A DNA stretch of 64,000 bases from NCBI GenBank assembly GCA_963803435.1, contig CAWDML010000004.1, positions 224,001-288,000 of the forward strand, written 5' to 3'. This document shows, in pieces, positions 45,016 through 55,304 of the stretch; the first letter of the stretch is position 1; every line of letters begins with the position of its first letter. The notes beneath the pieces are model-generated. The model was not told the DNA's origin. It saw nothing but the letters and a program-made list of their open reading frames with translations, and made no database searches. The stretch is from an uncultured delta proteobacterium. Its GTDB lineage: Bacteria > Myxococcota > Kuafuiibacteriia > Kuafuiibacteriales > Kuafuiibacteriaceae. Position numbers and translations under genes: made by a program.

Positions 45016-46224
45016 TCAGCTCACGTAGCCTTCCGAGTGGAGGTACGCGAGGACCCGCTCCGCGGCGCCATCTCGAGACAACTTCGAAGTGTCGATCACG
45101 ACCTCTGCATCGCTGGGTGCTTCATACGGATCGTCGATTCCAGTGAACCCCTTGATCTCGCCCCGCCTGGCCTTCGCGTACAGCCCCTTGCGGTCGCGTT
45201 GCTCGCACTCCTCGAGCGGCGTCGAGACGTGGACCAACACGAACGCACCGTAGGCCTCGACCATCTTGCGCACGCGCTTGCGCGTACCGTCATAGGGGGC
45301 GATTGGAGCGCAGAGGGCGATGCCGCCGTGCTTGGTGATCTCGGACGCGACGAACCCGATCCGGACGATGTTCGTGTCGCGATCCTCCTTCGAGAATCCC
45401 AAGCCCTTGCTCAGGTGCGTCCGGACGATGTCGCCGTCGAGGAAGGTGACACGCCGATGCCCACACTCCCTCAGCTTGGCCCTCAGGACGTTTCCCACGG
45501 TCGACTTGCCGGATCCGGAGAGCCCCGTGAAGAAGACCGTCACGCCGCGGAGTGAGCGGACCGGATGTGCGCGCCGAAGCACGACCTCGACCTCGTCGAA
45601 CGTGAATCCTTGAGGGAAGGGCGAGCCGTGGTCGAGAAGGGCCTCGATCTTCGACAGTGTGAGGTCCGCGGGGACCTCGCTCGGCACGACGAAGTGCGCA
45701 GCGCCCAGGTTGCGGGCGATGGTCGCGTCGAGGTCGTTCGCCGCCGAAAGGGGCGCCAGGTACAGCCGGGCCTCGGGAGCGTGCTGCATGGCGGCGAGCA
45801 GCGCGCGGATGCGGACGTGGTAGTCCTCCCCGGCCGAGTCGCCGATGATCAGGAGCCGGGCCTGATGCTTCCGAGCGCGATCGAGAAGATAGTCGAGCTC
45901 CGACCGATGGATGGGTTGTCGCGCCGGAAACGCCAGGAGGGGCCCCTCGTCCGAACGTGGTCGCCGACGCTGTTCGAGGAAGTCGTAACGGCGGATCGGA
46001 TCGACGGCCTCGAGCCGATCCTCGTCCAGCACGGCGAGGAGGACGCCCTCAGGATCCCGGAGCGCGAGCGGACGCGGGCCAGGGAAGCGGTCCAGGAACG
46101 AAGCGCCGAGATCCTCCTGCGTGAGAAGCTCCGAGAAGAGGAGCTCCAAAAGGTCGACGTCTTGGCTCGAGAGTACAAGCTCCGGCAGCGTCGCTGACCG
46201 TAGATTGCTTCTGGCTTCGTTCAC
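45016..46224 (-). CDS. cysC: Adenylyl-sulfate kinase with degenerate N-terminal sulfate adenylyltransferase domain
   Basis: FTGLSGSGKST, LDGDIVR.HLS.GLGFSKEDRD.N, RDRKGLYAKAR.G.IKGFTGIDDPYE.P; Sat remnant LRDPEG..LA. Confidence 0.9.
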   Translation of the reverse strand: MNEARSNLRSATLPELVLSSQDVDLLELLFSELLTQEDLGASFLDRFPGPRPLALRDPEGVLLAVLDEDRLEAVDPIRRYDFLEQRRRPRSDEGPLLAFPARQPIHRSELDYLLDRARKHQARLLIIGDSAGEDYHVRIRALLAAMQHAPEARLYLAPLSAANDLDATIARNLGAAHFVVPSEVPADLTLSKIEALLDHGSPFPQGFTFDEVEVVLRRAHPVRSLRGVTVFFTGLSGSGKSTVGNVLRAKLRECGHRRVTFLDGDIVRTHLSKGLGFSKEDRDTNIVRIGFVASEITKHGGIALCAPIAPYDGTRKRVRKMVEAYGAFVLVHVSTPLEECEQRDRKGLYAKARRGEIKGFTGIDDPYEAPSDAEVVIDTSKLSRDGAAERVLAYLHSEGYVS

Positions 46225-46248
46225 GAAGCGCAGGCTAGCACGCCGGAC

Positions 46249-47112
46249 TCAGGCCGCCAGCTCCAACTCGATCCAGTGCTGGCGCCACAATCGCGGGAGC
46301 CCCCGGATGACGGCTCTCTCCATCTGCGCGACCCCGAGGGCGAGCGCGTTGGTGCCCCGAACCGCGACCTCTGACGCTCTTCTCCACGGAAGCGACGGCA
46401 CCGAGTCGATGGCTCGCTCGATCGTTCGCTTCCAGGCGCTCGAGGCCGGCCCCTCGATCCCTGCGATCTCGACGACGCGTGCGCGATCTCCCAGGGCGCC
46501 GAGGATCAACTCCAAGCGATCGCTGCGGATAGTCATCGCAGCGCGCCCTCGAGGCCGGAGCGCTGCGATGAGGCTCTGAGCGACCTCGGGAAGTAGCTCG
46601 TCCGGGAGGTGATTGAGCGTGTTGGTGGAGACGACCGCGTCCACGCTCCCGGGCCGAAGCGGGAGCCGTCGGATATCGGCGATGACCGCGAACGGAACCC
46701 GTCCGAGCCGGCGCGCCCGCTGGATCCGCGCCACCGACAGGTCCATGGGGATGTAGCGGAGGTGACGATAGAGGCCGAAGAACTCCGCCTCGCCCGACGC
46801 GATCTCGGCGACCACGTCCCCTTCCGGCAGCGAGGCGAGGAATCGACCGAGCAGGCGCCGAAAGCCGGCCTGGCTCGGGCGAAGGACCTCGTTCCTTCCT
46901 GGGGGCGTGGTCGGATACCGATCGCCGTGCGTGGCCAGCTCGCCGTCGTCAAAGGCGAGATCGATGATCCCGTCTTCGAGCCGGACCTTCGCTCCGTCCG
47001 CGGTCGCGAGCCCCTCGGAGCTCCAAGTCAGCGGTTCGCTCGAGCCTGGACGTCGCAGCACCCCCAACGCCCAGTTGGGGATGTGCGGTGCTTCTTGATC
47101 GGCCATGACCAA
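46249..47112 (-). CDS. Class I SAM-dependent methyltransferase
   Basis: VAEIASGEA, DLS, ADIRRLPLRPGSVDAVVS...L.H, LRPRG. Confidence 0.8.
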   Translation of the reverse strand: MVMADQEAPHIPNWALGVLRRPGSSEPLTWSSEGLATADGAKVRLEDGIIDLAFDDGELATHGDRYPTTPPGRNEVLRPSQAGFRRLLGRFLASLPEGDVVAEIASGEAEFFGLYRHLRYIPMDLSVARIQRARRLGRVPFAVIADIRRLPLRPGSVDAVVSTNTLNHLPDELLPEVAQSLIAALRPRGRAAMTIRSDRLELILGALGDRARVVEIAGIEGPASSAWKRTIERAIDSVPSLPWRRASEVAVRGTNALALGVAQMERAVIRGLPRLWRQHWIELELAA

Positions 47113-47114
47113 GG

Positions 47115-50100
47115 CTAAGGCACGGTGACGCGCCTCGCGCGAACGCGAACGCTCGAGGAGGCGGCGACGAATCGCTGATACGCGACCAACGTATCCGTCG
47201 CGTTGCGGGCGCCGATGGCGGGCTCATCCTCGTTGCCGGGATCGTTCGACACGATGAACGCAGCGCCGCTGGGGAGGCCACCCTGGGTGAAGTTCCCGCC
47301 GTACAGGTCGACGTCGGGGCTCCCGAGCGCGACCTCCTGCCGGTAAACCATGAAATGGGCGCCGCCGACCGCGACGAGCGCCGGGTTGTAGCTGTCCAAG
47401 GGGCCGGTCACCATCGCGATGCTCCCTGGGTTGGCCGTCACGCCCGTCGTGAAGATCCGCGTACCGTAGATGTCGTAGTTCATCGGATCCGACCGGGTGT
47501 CGGTCCACGCCGCGAACCACGTCGTCCCGTTGAACACTACCGTCGGGCTGGTCTGCGCGTTCGCCGCGTTCGTGACCAGCTGCTCCGGCGAGAGCGTGCC
47601 GTTACGAATGAACCGGCGGGAGTAGATGTCCTCGCCACCCGCGACGCCCGAGCGCCGGTCGTCCCATACGACGATCCAGTTGACGTTGTCCGAGGCGACG
47701 TCGGGACGCCTCTGATCGTTGGCGGCGTTGGCGATGACCACGCCGTTCCCATCCATCAGCGTCCCGTTGTTCCGCACACGGCCGGCGTAGATGTCCCAGT
47801 TGGTTCCGCTCCTGCGATCCTGCCAGGCGACCAGGAAGGCCTGCGCGGCCGCATGCGCGTTGTAGGCGACCTTCGGGAAGTTCTGATCCTCGGCGCCCGT
47901 CGCGATCGGGAAGCCGCTGCCGTCGAGCACTTGGTAGTTGCTGTCGACGCGCGTCCCGAAGATGTCCCAGTTGCCGTTTCTGCGATCCGCCCAGACCACC
48001 AGGAACTGCGTTCCGTTCCAGGCGATGTCGGGGGCGGACTGATTACCGACCGCGTTGCAGATCGTCCGTCCGCCGTTCGGATCCAGCACCGTGCCGTCGT
48101 TGTTCACGCGGACGGCGCGGATGTTGAGGTTACCTGCTCCGTTCAGCTGACTGTCGGAGTAGACGACGAAGTACCGAGTTCCGTCGTGCGCGATCGCGGC
48201 CGAGGTCTGGCGGCCCTGCGCCAGGGCCAGCACGGTGCCCGTCGAGTTCGTGACGCCACCGTTCGCATTGACCTGGGTCGCCTGGATGTCGAAGCGACCG
48301 TCAACCTCCCGTCGATTGTCCTGCCACGTGACCAGCGATCGGCTCGCGCCAAAAGCGATCGCCGGAGCCAGTTGGTCGTTGACGCCTCCGCTGTACAGGC
48401 GACCCGTCGCGTCGAGGACGACGCCGGCCGTCGAGAGCCGGGCGCCGTAGACATCGCTCGTCGTCCCGTCTCCACCGCGAAGATCCTGCCACGCGACGAG
48501 AAACTGATTGTTCACGGAGTCGAAGGTGATGGACGGGATCGTCTGGTTTCGGATGGCTCCCGTGACAAGGATGCCGTTCGTCATCACGTCGAGGCTGGTT
48601 CCGTCGGCGGCAGCCACGCGTCCTGCATAGATGTCGAAGTTGCCCGCGCGCGAGTCCTGCCAGACGGCCACGTAGTTCGCGGTCCCGTCATAGGCGACGT
48701 CGCAGCGCGAATCGCGCCCTTGCCGATTCGTCTTGAGCGCGATGTTGCTGATGTCGATGGTGCCGGCGAACGGATCGAAGCGTCGGGCCACCGGATCTTC
48801 GTTCGGCGGATTCCCGTCCTGCCAGCAGAAGAGGCAGTTGGTGCCGTTGCAAGCGACCGCAGGGAAGCGCTCCGCCGTCAGTCCGTCGTCGATGGAGAAT
48901 CCGTTTCCGTCGAGCCGGTTCCCGCCGCCGTCGATGCGGCCGGCGTAGACGGCGTCGATTCCGCTTCGACGGTCCTGCCAGGTCACGACGAAGGTATCGC
49001 CCGCTCCGGCCCAGGCGACGTCGGGCTCCACCTGATTGTCCGCCGCGTTCGAGATGACGAAGTCCGGAGACACGACCCCGGCGGTGTCCACGAGCGCCCC
49101 CCGAATATCGTAGTTTCCGGCGCCGCTGCCCGTGCGGCTGTCGGCCCAGACCACGAGGTAACGCGATCCGTTGAACGCGACGGCCGGCGCCACCTGGTCG
49201 TAGTTGGCGGTACAGATCGGGATGCTGACGGTCTCGATCGGATTGCCGTTGGCATCGACCCGGGTCCCGTAGATGTCCTTCGAGATGAGCGTTCGGAGGT
49301 CGCTCCAAACGACGAGCCAGTTCGTGCCGTCGAACGCGACCGCGGGCGTCTCCTCGTCCGTGACGGAGGGGCCAACGCCCGCGAGGGTGAGACCGAACTC
49401 GGCGAAGATGGTCGGATCCAGGATCGCGGGATAGACGCTCTCGTCGACCGTCTTCCGCGGCACCGTCAGCACGAGGTCTCCGTCCTCGAACTCGACCGGA
49501 ACCTCGGTCTCCTGGGCGGCGCCGTCGATCCACGTCGCCAAGCCGTACCGGATCCCCATCCGGGTCGTCTCGTCGGCGAAGTGGTGTCCTTCTTCGCTCT
49601 GCCCGACGTACGCCAGACCATCGAGATGAACGCGGATCTCCAGATTTCCCTGGCCCGCAGGTGCTGCGTCGAATAGCCACAGCTGCTCGACGCCGGCTTC
49701 GCGGTTGATGAACTGCTCTTGGGCTACGCTCCGCTCGATCTGGATCGTCCCCTCGATCGCCGAGGTCCGGGGCGCGCCCAGATCGAACGAGACGTCCCGG
49801 GAGATCGCGACCGTCTCGAGCCGGACTGCGGGACCTTCGATCGTTCGGGCCGGCTCGCCCGACTCCGCGTCGGTGGTCACGTGATGTCGAGGTGTTATCT
49901 CGACGACCCCGTCTCGACTGCGCACGCCGTAGGTCGGGCGTGCGGCGACCAGCGCGCCATCGCGCTCACGATAGCTCTGCCGGAGTCGCGTGGTCAGCGT
50001 GTCGAGATCGAAGGAGGGCGTGACGGCCGCGGATCCATCTTCGATCGAAAGGGGCTCCTGGGCTGTCGAGGCGTCGGGACCGCAACCTGCCACCGAGAGC

Positions 50101-50138
50101 AACACAACCACATAAAAGCCACGACGGATCCCCTGCAT
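47115..50138 (-). CDS. Large lipoprotein with 14 ~55-aa repeats (probable double 7-blade beta-propeller)
   Basis: GGAGG RBS, LSVAGC lipobox; repeats P.VA..G..YLV.W.D.R...DIY..RV...G. Confidence 0.8.
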   Translation of the reverse strand: MQGIRRGFYVVVLLSVAGCGPDASTAQEPLSIEDGSAAVTPSFDLDTLTTRLRQSYRERDGALVAARPTYGVRSRDGVVEITPRHHVTTDAESGEPARTIEGPAVRLETVAISRDVSFDLGAPRTSAIEGTIQIERSVAQEQFINREAGVEQLWLFDAAPAGQGNLEIRVHLDGLAYVGQSEEGHHFADETTRMGIRYGLATWIDGAAQETEVPVEFEDGDLVLTVPRKTVDESVYPAILDPTIFAEFGLTLAGVGPSVTDEETPAVAFDGTNWLVVWSDLRTLISKDIYGTRVDANGNPIETVSIPICTANYDQVAPAVAFNGSRYLVVWADSRTGSGAGNYDIRGALVDTAGVVSPDFVISNAADNQVEPDVAWAGAGDTFVVTWQDRRSGIDAVYAGRIDGGGNRLDGNGFSIDDGLTAERFPAVACNGTNCLFCWQDGNPPNEDPVARRFDPFAGTIDISNIALKTNRQGRDSRCDVAYDGTANYVAVWQDSRAGNFDIYAGRVAAADGTSLDVMTNGILVTGAIRNQTIPSITFDSVNNQFLVAWQDLRGGDGTTSDVYGARLSTAGVVLDATGRLYSGGVNDQLAPAIAFGASRSLVTWQDNRREVDGRFDIQATQVNANGGVTNSTGTVLALAQGRQTSAAIAHDGTRYFVVYSDSQLNGAGNLNIRAVRVNNDGTVLDPNGGRTICNAVGNQSAPDIAWNGTQFLVVWADRRNGNWDIFGTRVDSNYQVLDGSGFPIATGAEDQNFPKVAYNAHAAAQAFLVAWQDRRSGTNWDIYAGRVRNNGTLMDGNGVVIANAANDQRRPDVASDNVNWIVVWDDRRSGVAGGEDIYSRRFIRNGTLSPEQLVTNAANAQTSPTVVFNGTTWFAAWTDTRSDPMNYDIYGTRIFTTGVTANPGSIAMVTGPLDSYNPALVAVGGAHFMVYRQEVALGSPDVDLYGGNFTQGGLPSGAAFIVSNDPGNEDEPAIGARNATDTLVAYQRFVAASSSVRVRARRVTVP

Positions 50139-50390
50139 CATATCCTCCATCAGTGCCGTAGAACGCCCCAGCGATTCATGGCGCCCCGCCCGGCAATATT
50201 CTCCGAAACGGCCGGCCAATCAAGCCCGCCGCAATGGAGAGATCGGACGACCTGTCGATCGGTGGAGGCCTGAAAGGGCGACCGGCGAGCGCCGTGCCGA
50301 GGGCGGGTTGCAATCACCGCCGGGCCACGCCTCGACCGTACCTGCGGATTTGACTCCCGCCTCTTCGCCTTGCCAGGATGGCCGGCCCCG

Positions 50391-51869
50391 ATGTGGAAAC
50401 GCAGCCTCGGTCTTCTCTCCGACGCGGCCACCTACGGCGCCAGCAGCGCCACGATGCAGGTCGTCGGGTTCCTCCTTCTGCCGCTCTACACCCGCCATCT
50501 AAGCCCCGAGGACTATGGCGTGATCGCGATGTTGGCGATGACCAACCTGCTCTTCGGGGCCATCGCGAACCTCGGGATCCAGAACGCCATCTTCCGCAAC
50601 TTCAATCGCACCGACGACCCCCAACGGCGTCGCGATGTGCTCAGCACGGGGCTGTTGAGCGTGACCATCTCCTCCGTGCTCTTCTTCGCGTTGTGCTGGC
50701 CGTTCGCAGGTTTCATCGGCGACGCCCTGGTGGGCGATCTCAGCCGACCTGACTACGTCCTCATCAGCCTGGCCACCGGCGCCATGGCCACCGTTGGAAA
50801 CGTCCCGTTTGCGGTGCTGCGCGCGCTCCGGCGTGTGAAGATGGCTGGAGCGCTCAACATCCTGAAAGTGGCGGTCACCGCGGGCGTGACGATCGTCCTC
50901 GTCGTCTACCTGAAGATGGGTGTTCTGGGTGTCCTGTGGGCGAACCTGATCAGCGAGCTCATCCTCCTCGTCATCAAGCTCGCGATCACGTTTCAGTCCT
51001 ATCAGCTCCGCATGGACATGGGCGTGCTCAGGGAGATGCTCGCCTACGGACTGCCCTATGTGCCCAACGGCCTACAGGCGACCGCACTCCACTACTTCGG
51101 CCAGTACGTGCTCGCCCACATGCTGAGCCTTCAGGAGGCAGGTCTCTACAACGTCGCCATGAAGTTCTCGGCGCCGCTCGCGTTCGTCGTCCAGGCAATC
51201 CAACAGGCGTATGTCCCTCACAAGTTCGAGATCCATGCTCAGGAGAAGGATCCGCAGTCGCTCTTCCGATCGATCACGACCTACTATTTCGCAGGAACCT
51301 TCTATCTCTGGCTCGGCGTCTCCCTGTGGGGACCTGAGTCTGTTCGCTTCCTGACGAGCCATCGCTTTCACGCCGCCGCGCTCCAGATCCCCTTTGCCGC
51401 CGCAGTCCCGCTCGCGCGCGGCTTCCGCTTCATGCTCGGTACGGGCATGGAGGTCGTCGATGACCAGCGGCCTGTCCCGTTCGTCAGCGCCGTGGGGCTC
51501 GCGGTCGTCGTCGCCTCGAGCTTCTGGCTCGTGGGCGAGTTCGGCGGTGCTGGCGCCGCGCTGGCTCCTGTCATTGGCTGGCTCGTGATGGCCGGGATGA
51601 TCTACTACTTTGCGCAGAAGCGGTTCCGCGTCTCCTACGATTGGCCTGCGCTCATCGCGTTCGGCACCCTCGCCATCGGCGGCGTGGTCCTGGGCCGCTT
51701 CGTGTCCGGAAGCCCCGCGGTCCTGCGGTTTGCGATTCTCGTGGCGATCTCGTTGGCCTATCCGATCCTCGCCTACGTGGCGCTGGTGCGCTCGCCTGCG
51801 GAGGGCGCGCGCGTGCGCGGAATGGTGTTGCGCGTCAGGCGAAAAGTGATAGGGGAGCCTTCCGCGTGA
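50391..51869 (+). CDS. wzx: Polysaccharide flippase
   Basis: FLLLPLYTRHLSPEDYG, about 12-14 hydrophobic segments, YGLP..P, GLY.VA.K, GAAL. Confidence 0.88.
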   Translation: MWKRSLGLLSDAATYGASSATMQVVGFLLLPLYTRHLSPEDYGVIAMLAMTNLLFGAIANLGIQNAIFRNFNRTDDPQRRRDVLSTGLLSVTISSVLFFALCWPFAGFIGDALVGDLSRPDYVLISLATGAMATVGNVPFAVLRALRRVKMAGALNILKVAVTAGVTIVLVVYLKMGVLGVLWANLISELILLVIKLAITFQSYQLRMDMGVLREMLAYGLPYVPNGLQATALHYFGQYVLAHMLSLQEAGLYNVAMKFSAPLAFVVQAIQQAYVPHKFEIHAQEKDPQSLFRSITTYYFAGTFYLWLGVSLWGPESVRFLTSHRFHAAALQIPFAAAVPLARGFRFMLGTGMEVVDDQRPVPFVSAVGLAVVVASSFWLVGEFGGAGAALAPVIGWLVMAGMIYYFAQKRFRVSYDWPALIAFGTLAIGGVVLGRFVSGSPAVLRFAILVAISLAYPILAYVALVRSPAEGARVRGMVLRVRRKVIGEPSA

Positions 51870-52867
51870 GAGCGGCCCTCATCGGTTTCGGACCCCACGG
51901 CAGACGGCTGCTGTCGGCGCTCGGCGAGACCCCCGCGGTTCAGCTGGTCGCTGTCGCGGATCGCCGCGCGGAGGCTTTTGCACAGTCGCCGCTCCCGGCG
52001 GAGATCGAACGGTTCGAATCCTCCTCGACGCTGTTCGAGAAGATCGCGCCCGACCTGGTGTGCATCGCGACCAACGGGCCGTCGCACGCCTCGATCGCTC
52101 TCGAGGCCATCCGTCATGGTGCGACCCACGTCCTGGTGGAGAAGCCGATGGCGTGCTCGCTGGACGCGTGTGATCGGATGATCGAGGCCGCCGACCGGGC
52201 CGGGGCGCGCATGGTGGTCGTGTCGCGGCGACCGCATCCGCTCTACCGGTGGCTGCGCGCGCAGATCGGATCCGGTGTTTGGGGTGAGTTTCGCTCGATC
52301 TTCATCCAGCAACCGGGGATCGGCCTCGGCTGTCTCGGCGTCCACGCATTCGATCAGATCGCTTTTCTCGCCCAGCGACGGATCGAGCGCGTGACCGCCT
52401 GGGTAGATCCGTTCCGAGGTCCCAACCCCAGGGGTGCGGAGTTCGTGGACCCGGGCGGAACCGTCGTGCTGGAGCTCGGCGGCCCCCGCGCGATCCTGGC
52501 TCAGATCGAAGGTGGCGCCGGACCGATGGCGATGGAGCTCGACCTGGCCGGAGCCCGCATCCAGATCGACGAGGAGGTGCGGATCCTCGAACGCGATCTC
52601 AGCGTGAAGCCCGGCCCCGATCGACCGCCGGTGTTTCGGCGGATCGATCCTCCAGACCTGGCGCCGAAGCCTACGCCGGCTGCGGTCCTCCGGGGTGCGA
52701 TCGACGAGCTGATCGCGTCGGGTCCGATCGAGTGCAGCGCCGAGGCTGGGCGAGATGCGGTGGAGGTTCTGGTCGCAGCCCATCTGTCGCATCGGCGGGG
52801 CAACGTGCCGGTCGCGCTCCCGCTCCGATCCTCCGAGGAGCGAAGCGAGTGGCTGTCGGTCACATGA
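51866..52867 (+). CDS. Gfo/Idh/MocA family oxidoreductase
   Basis: IGFGPHG, IATNGPSH, VEKPMA, GVHAFD; GTGA overlap with wzx. Confidence 0.88.
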   Translation: MRAALIGFGPHGRRLLSALGETPAVQLVAVADRRAEAFAQSPLPAEIERFESSSTLFEKIAPDLVCIATNGPSHASIALEAIRHGATHVLVEKPMACSLDACDRMIEAADRAGARMVVVSRRPHPLYRWLRAQIGSGVWGEFRSIFIQQPGIGLGCLGVHAFDQIAFLAQRRIERVTAWVDPFRGPNPRGAEFVDPGGTVVLELGGPRAILAQIEGGAGPMAMELDLAGARIQIDEEVRILERDLSVKPGPDRPPVFRRIDPPDLAPKPTPAAVLRGAIDELIASGPIECSAEAGRDAVEVLVAAHLSHRRGNVPVALPLRSSEERSEWLSVT

Positions 52868-54339
52868 CCCGACGCTCCGCCCAACAGCTGGGCGATCGGT
52901 GCGTCGCGGAGATGAAGGCGCGCCTCCTGGATGCCGGCCTCGCCTCCATCCCCGTCGGTTCAGGCCGCGAGTCGCTCTTCGCGATCATCGAGGGACATCT
53001 CATCCAGCGCTGTGCCGACGTCCTCGACCAGGGAGGCGCCGCTCCCGGCGCCCAGCGGGCCAAGGACTGGCTCTTCGCGCGGCTGTATCGCGCCAAGAGC
53101 CTCACTCTTCCCCGTGGCGCGCGCCGGTTCGACGTCCGACCGCGTGAGGGCTGCAAGCGGGTCCTCGCGATGCCGCACAACGCCGCCCAGCTGGTTCATG
53201 CCCAGAGCATCGCCGACTCCGACGCCGGCCTCGAGCTCCACTTCGTGATCCGCGACCCGCGCGATGCCGTACGTTCGGCGTCTCACTGCGTGGTCGCGAG
53301 GGCCTACGCGAGACCTCGGGTGGACGAGCTCATCCGTGCCCATGCCGAGCTTGCGCTGGCTCGCGCAGTGTTGCGTCGACCCGGCCTGGGGCTGGATCAG
53401 GCCACCTGGTCGCGGCTCGTGGGAGTTGTCCTTCGCGAGGCTGATCTCCTCTTGCAACCGACGATGACGGTCGCCCGAGCGATGGATCGCGCAATCGACG
53501 AGCTTGGTCCCCAGGTGATCCTCGTGGGCAATCCGTGCACCGCGGACGGGGTTGTGACCACGATGGTGGCGCGACAGCACCGTCTGCCCACGGTCAGTCT
53601 TCAGCACGGAGACATTCGTCCCGAGAACGATGAGTGGGCACGCGCGCAGGTCGACACGTTGATGGTCTGGGGAACCTACGCGCGGGACGTGCTCTTCGAG
53701 CTCGGAGTTGATCCGGGTCGGGTCGTGGTGACGGGGGCTCCGTGGACCGATCGCCTGGTGTCGCGCCAGCGTCGCGTGGACCGCCCACGTGTGCTGGTTG
53801 CGCTCTCGGGCGCAGGACACAGCGTGGGCATGAACGAGCACCTCGCCCACGTGCGCCGGCTCATCGCCGCCTCCGCCGAGCTTCCCCACTACGATTGGCG
53901 GTTCCGCCTCCACCGGAAGGACGACCCCGAGATCTATCGGAGGCTGATGTCGGAGATACCGGGATCGACGGGGACGATCGTGGAGACTCGCGGGCAGGTC
54001 ACCACCATCTACGAGGATCTCGAGCCTGCGCGCGCGCTGATCACCGTCACCTCCGCCTCCGCGCAGGACGGAATGATGGTCGGAGTTCCGGTGGTCACGC
54101 TGGGAAGGCCGTCGGGTGAGCCGGTTCCGGCGTACGTCGAGCAGCGCGCGACCGTGCACGTCGAGCCGGATGAGCCCCTGGCCGCTCGCCTCGAAGACGT
54201 GGTGGAGCACGGCGCTGGTGAAGAGATCCGAGCGAACGCGCAGCGGTTCGTCGAGCGATACTTCGGCCCGGTCGACGGACGATCGTCGGTGAGGGTGGCG
54301 TCAATCCTGTCCGCGATCGCTGCCGGGGAGAGACGATGA
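52864..54339 (+). CDS. GT-B fold polysaccharide biosynthesis protein (possible nonulosonate/capsule transferase)
   Basis: PTVSLQHG, D.LMVWG, VVVTGAP, FRLHRKD, SA..DGM..G.PVV, GP.DG.SS.R. Confidence 0.6.
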   Translation: MTRRSAQQLGDRCVAEMKARLLDAGLASIPVGSGRESLFAIIEGHLIQRCADVLDQGGAAPGAQRAKDWLFARLYRAKSLTLPRGARRFDVRPREGCKRVLAMPHNAAQLVHAQSIADSDAGLELHFVIRDPRDAVRSASHCVVARAYARPRVDELIRAHAELALARAVLRRPGLGLDQATWSRLVGVVLREADLLLQPTMTVARAMDRAIDELGPQVILVGNPCTADGVVTTMVARQHRLPTVSLQHGDIRPENDEWARAQVDTLMVWGTYARDVLFELGVDPGRVVVTGAPWTDRLVSRQRRVDRPRVLVALSGAGHSVGMNEHLAHVRRLIAASAELPHYDWRFRLHRKDDPEIYRRLMSEIPGSTGTIVETRGQVTTIYEDLEPARALITVTSASAQDGMMVGVPVVTLGRPSGEPVPAYVEQRATVHVEPDEPLAARLEDVVEHGAGEEIRANAQRFVERYFGPVDGRSSVRVASILSAIAAGERR

Positions 54340-55304
54340 GCCCAGCAAGCAAACGACTCGCGCTGGTTGGCTTCGGCCGGATCGCGACCAAGCACATCGA
54401 GGTCTTCCGAGCGCTCGGTTGCGAGGTCGTGGCGTGCTGCAACCGGAGCGAGGAGAAGCGCGCGCGTGCCCGTGCGGAGGCGGGAATCCCATCCACGTTT
54501 GGCTCGATCCCGGAGATGCTCGAGCGCGAGCTCCCCGATGGGGTCGTCGTCTGTGCCTCCTTCGACGGGATCGCCGCCGCGGCGTCGCCAATCGTGGAGG
54601 CCGGCGTCCCCGTGTTGGTCGAGAAGCCGCCCGCAATCTCCATCCAGGAGCTCGACGGCTTCATCGCAAGTGCCGACGAGGCCCGGTGCCCGGTGATGGT
54701 CGGTCTCAACCGCCGCCACTACTCGGTCGTGCGCAGGGCGCTGGGAGACTCGGACGAGCCGATCACGATGGTATCCGTCTCCTGGTCCGAGAGCCCGATC
54801 GACCTCGCCGGGCGCTTCACCCGGGATCAGATCGGACGGATGATCTTCGGCAACAGCATCCATGGGCTCGACCTGATGACGCTCTTCGGAGGCGAGCTCG
54901 AGGAGCCCGGGATCGTTGCGCACGACCTGGGTGGGTTCCGCTGGCTCATGGATCTCCACGGGACCTCCGACCGGGGCGTCCTCTGCCACTTCGAATCGAC
55001 CTGGGATGCGCCCGGCCGCTGGCGGGTCGAGGTCACGAGACCGGGCCGCCGCTACGTCTTCGCGCCGCTGGAGACCTGTCGCGTCTTCGAGGCTGGCGGC
55101 GCCGAACGCGTCCTCGAGCCTGACGAGGACGACCGCAGGTTCAAGCCCGGGTTCATGTCACAGGCGAGGACCTTCCTGGAGGTGATCGAGACGCGACAGG
55201 TCCCCGATGCGGTCACGTTGCGAGCCGCCCGACCGGCGGTGAAGCTTGCCGAGTCGCTCACGCACGCCCTGACGGGGACGGACTTCGAAGGGGTACGCCG
55301 GTGA
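54336..55304 (+). CDS. Gfo/Idh/MocA family oxidoreductase
   Basis: VGFGRIA, LVEKPP, VGLNRR, NSIHGLD, FKPGF. Confidence 0.88.
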   Translation: MSPASKRLALVGFGRIATKHIEVFRALGCEVVACCNRSEEKRARARAEAGIPSTFGSIPEMLERELPDGVVVCASFDGIAAAASPIVEAGVPVLVEKPPAISIQELDGFIASADEARCPVMVGLNRRHYSVVRRALGDSDEPITMVSVSWSESPIDLAGRFTRDQIGRMIFGNSIHGLDLMTLFGGELEEPGIVAHDLGGFRWLMDLHGTSDRGVLCHFESTWDAPGRWRVEVTRPGRRYVFAPLETCRVFEAGGAERVLEPDEDDRRFKPGFMSQARTFLEVIETRQVPDAVTLRAARPAVKLAESLTHALTGTDFEGVRR

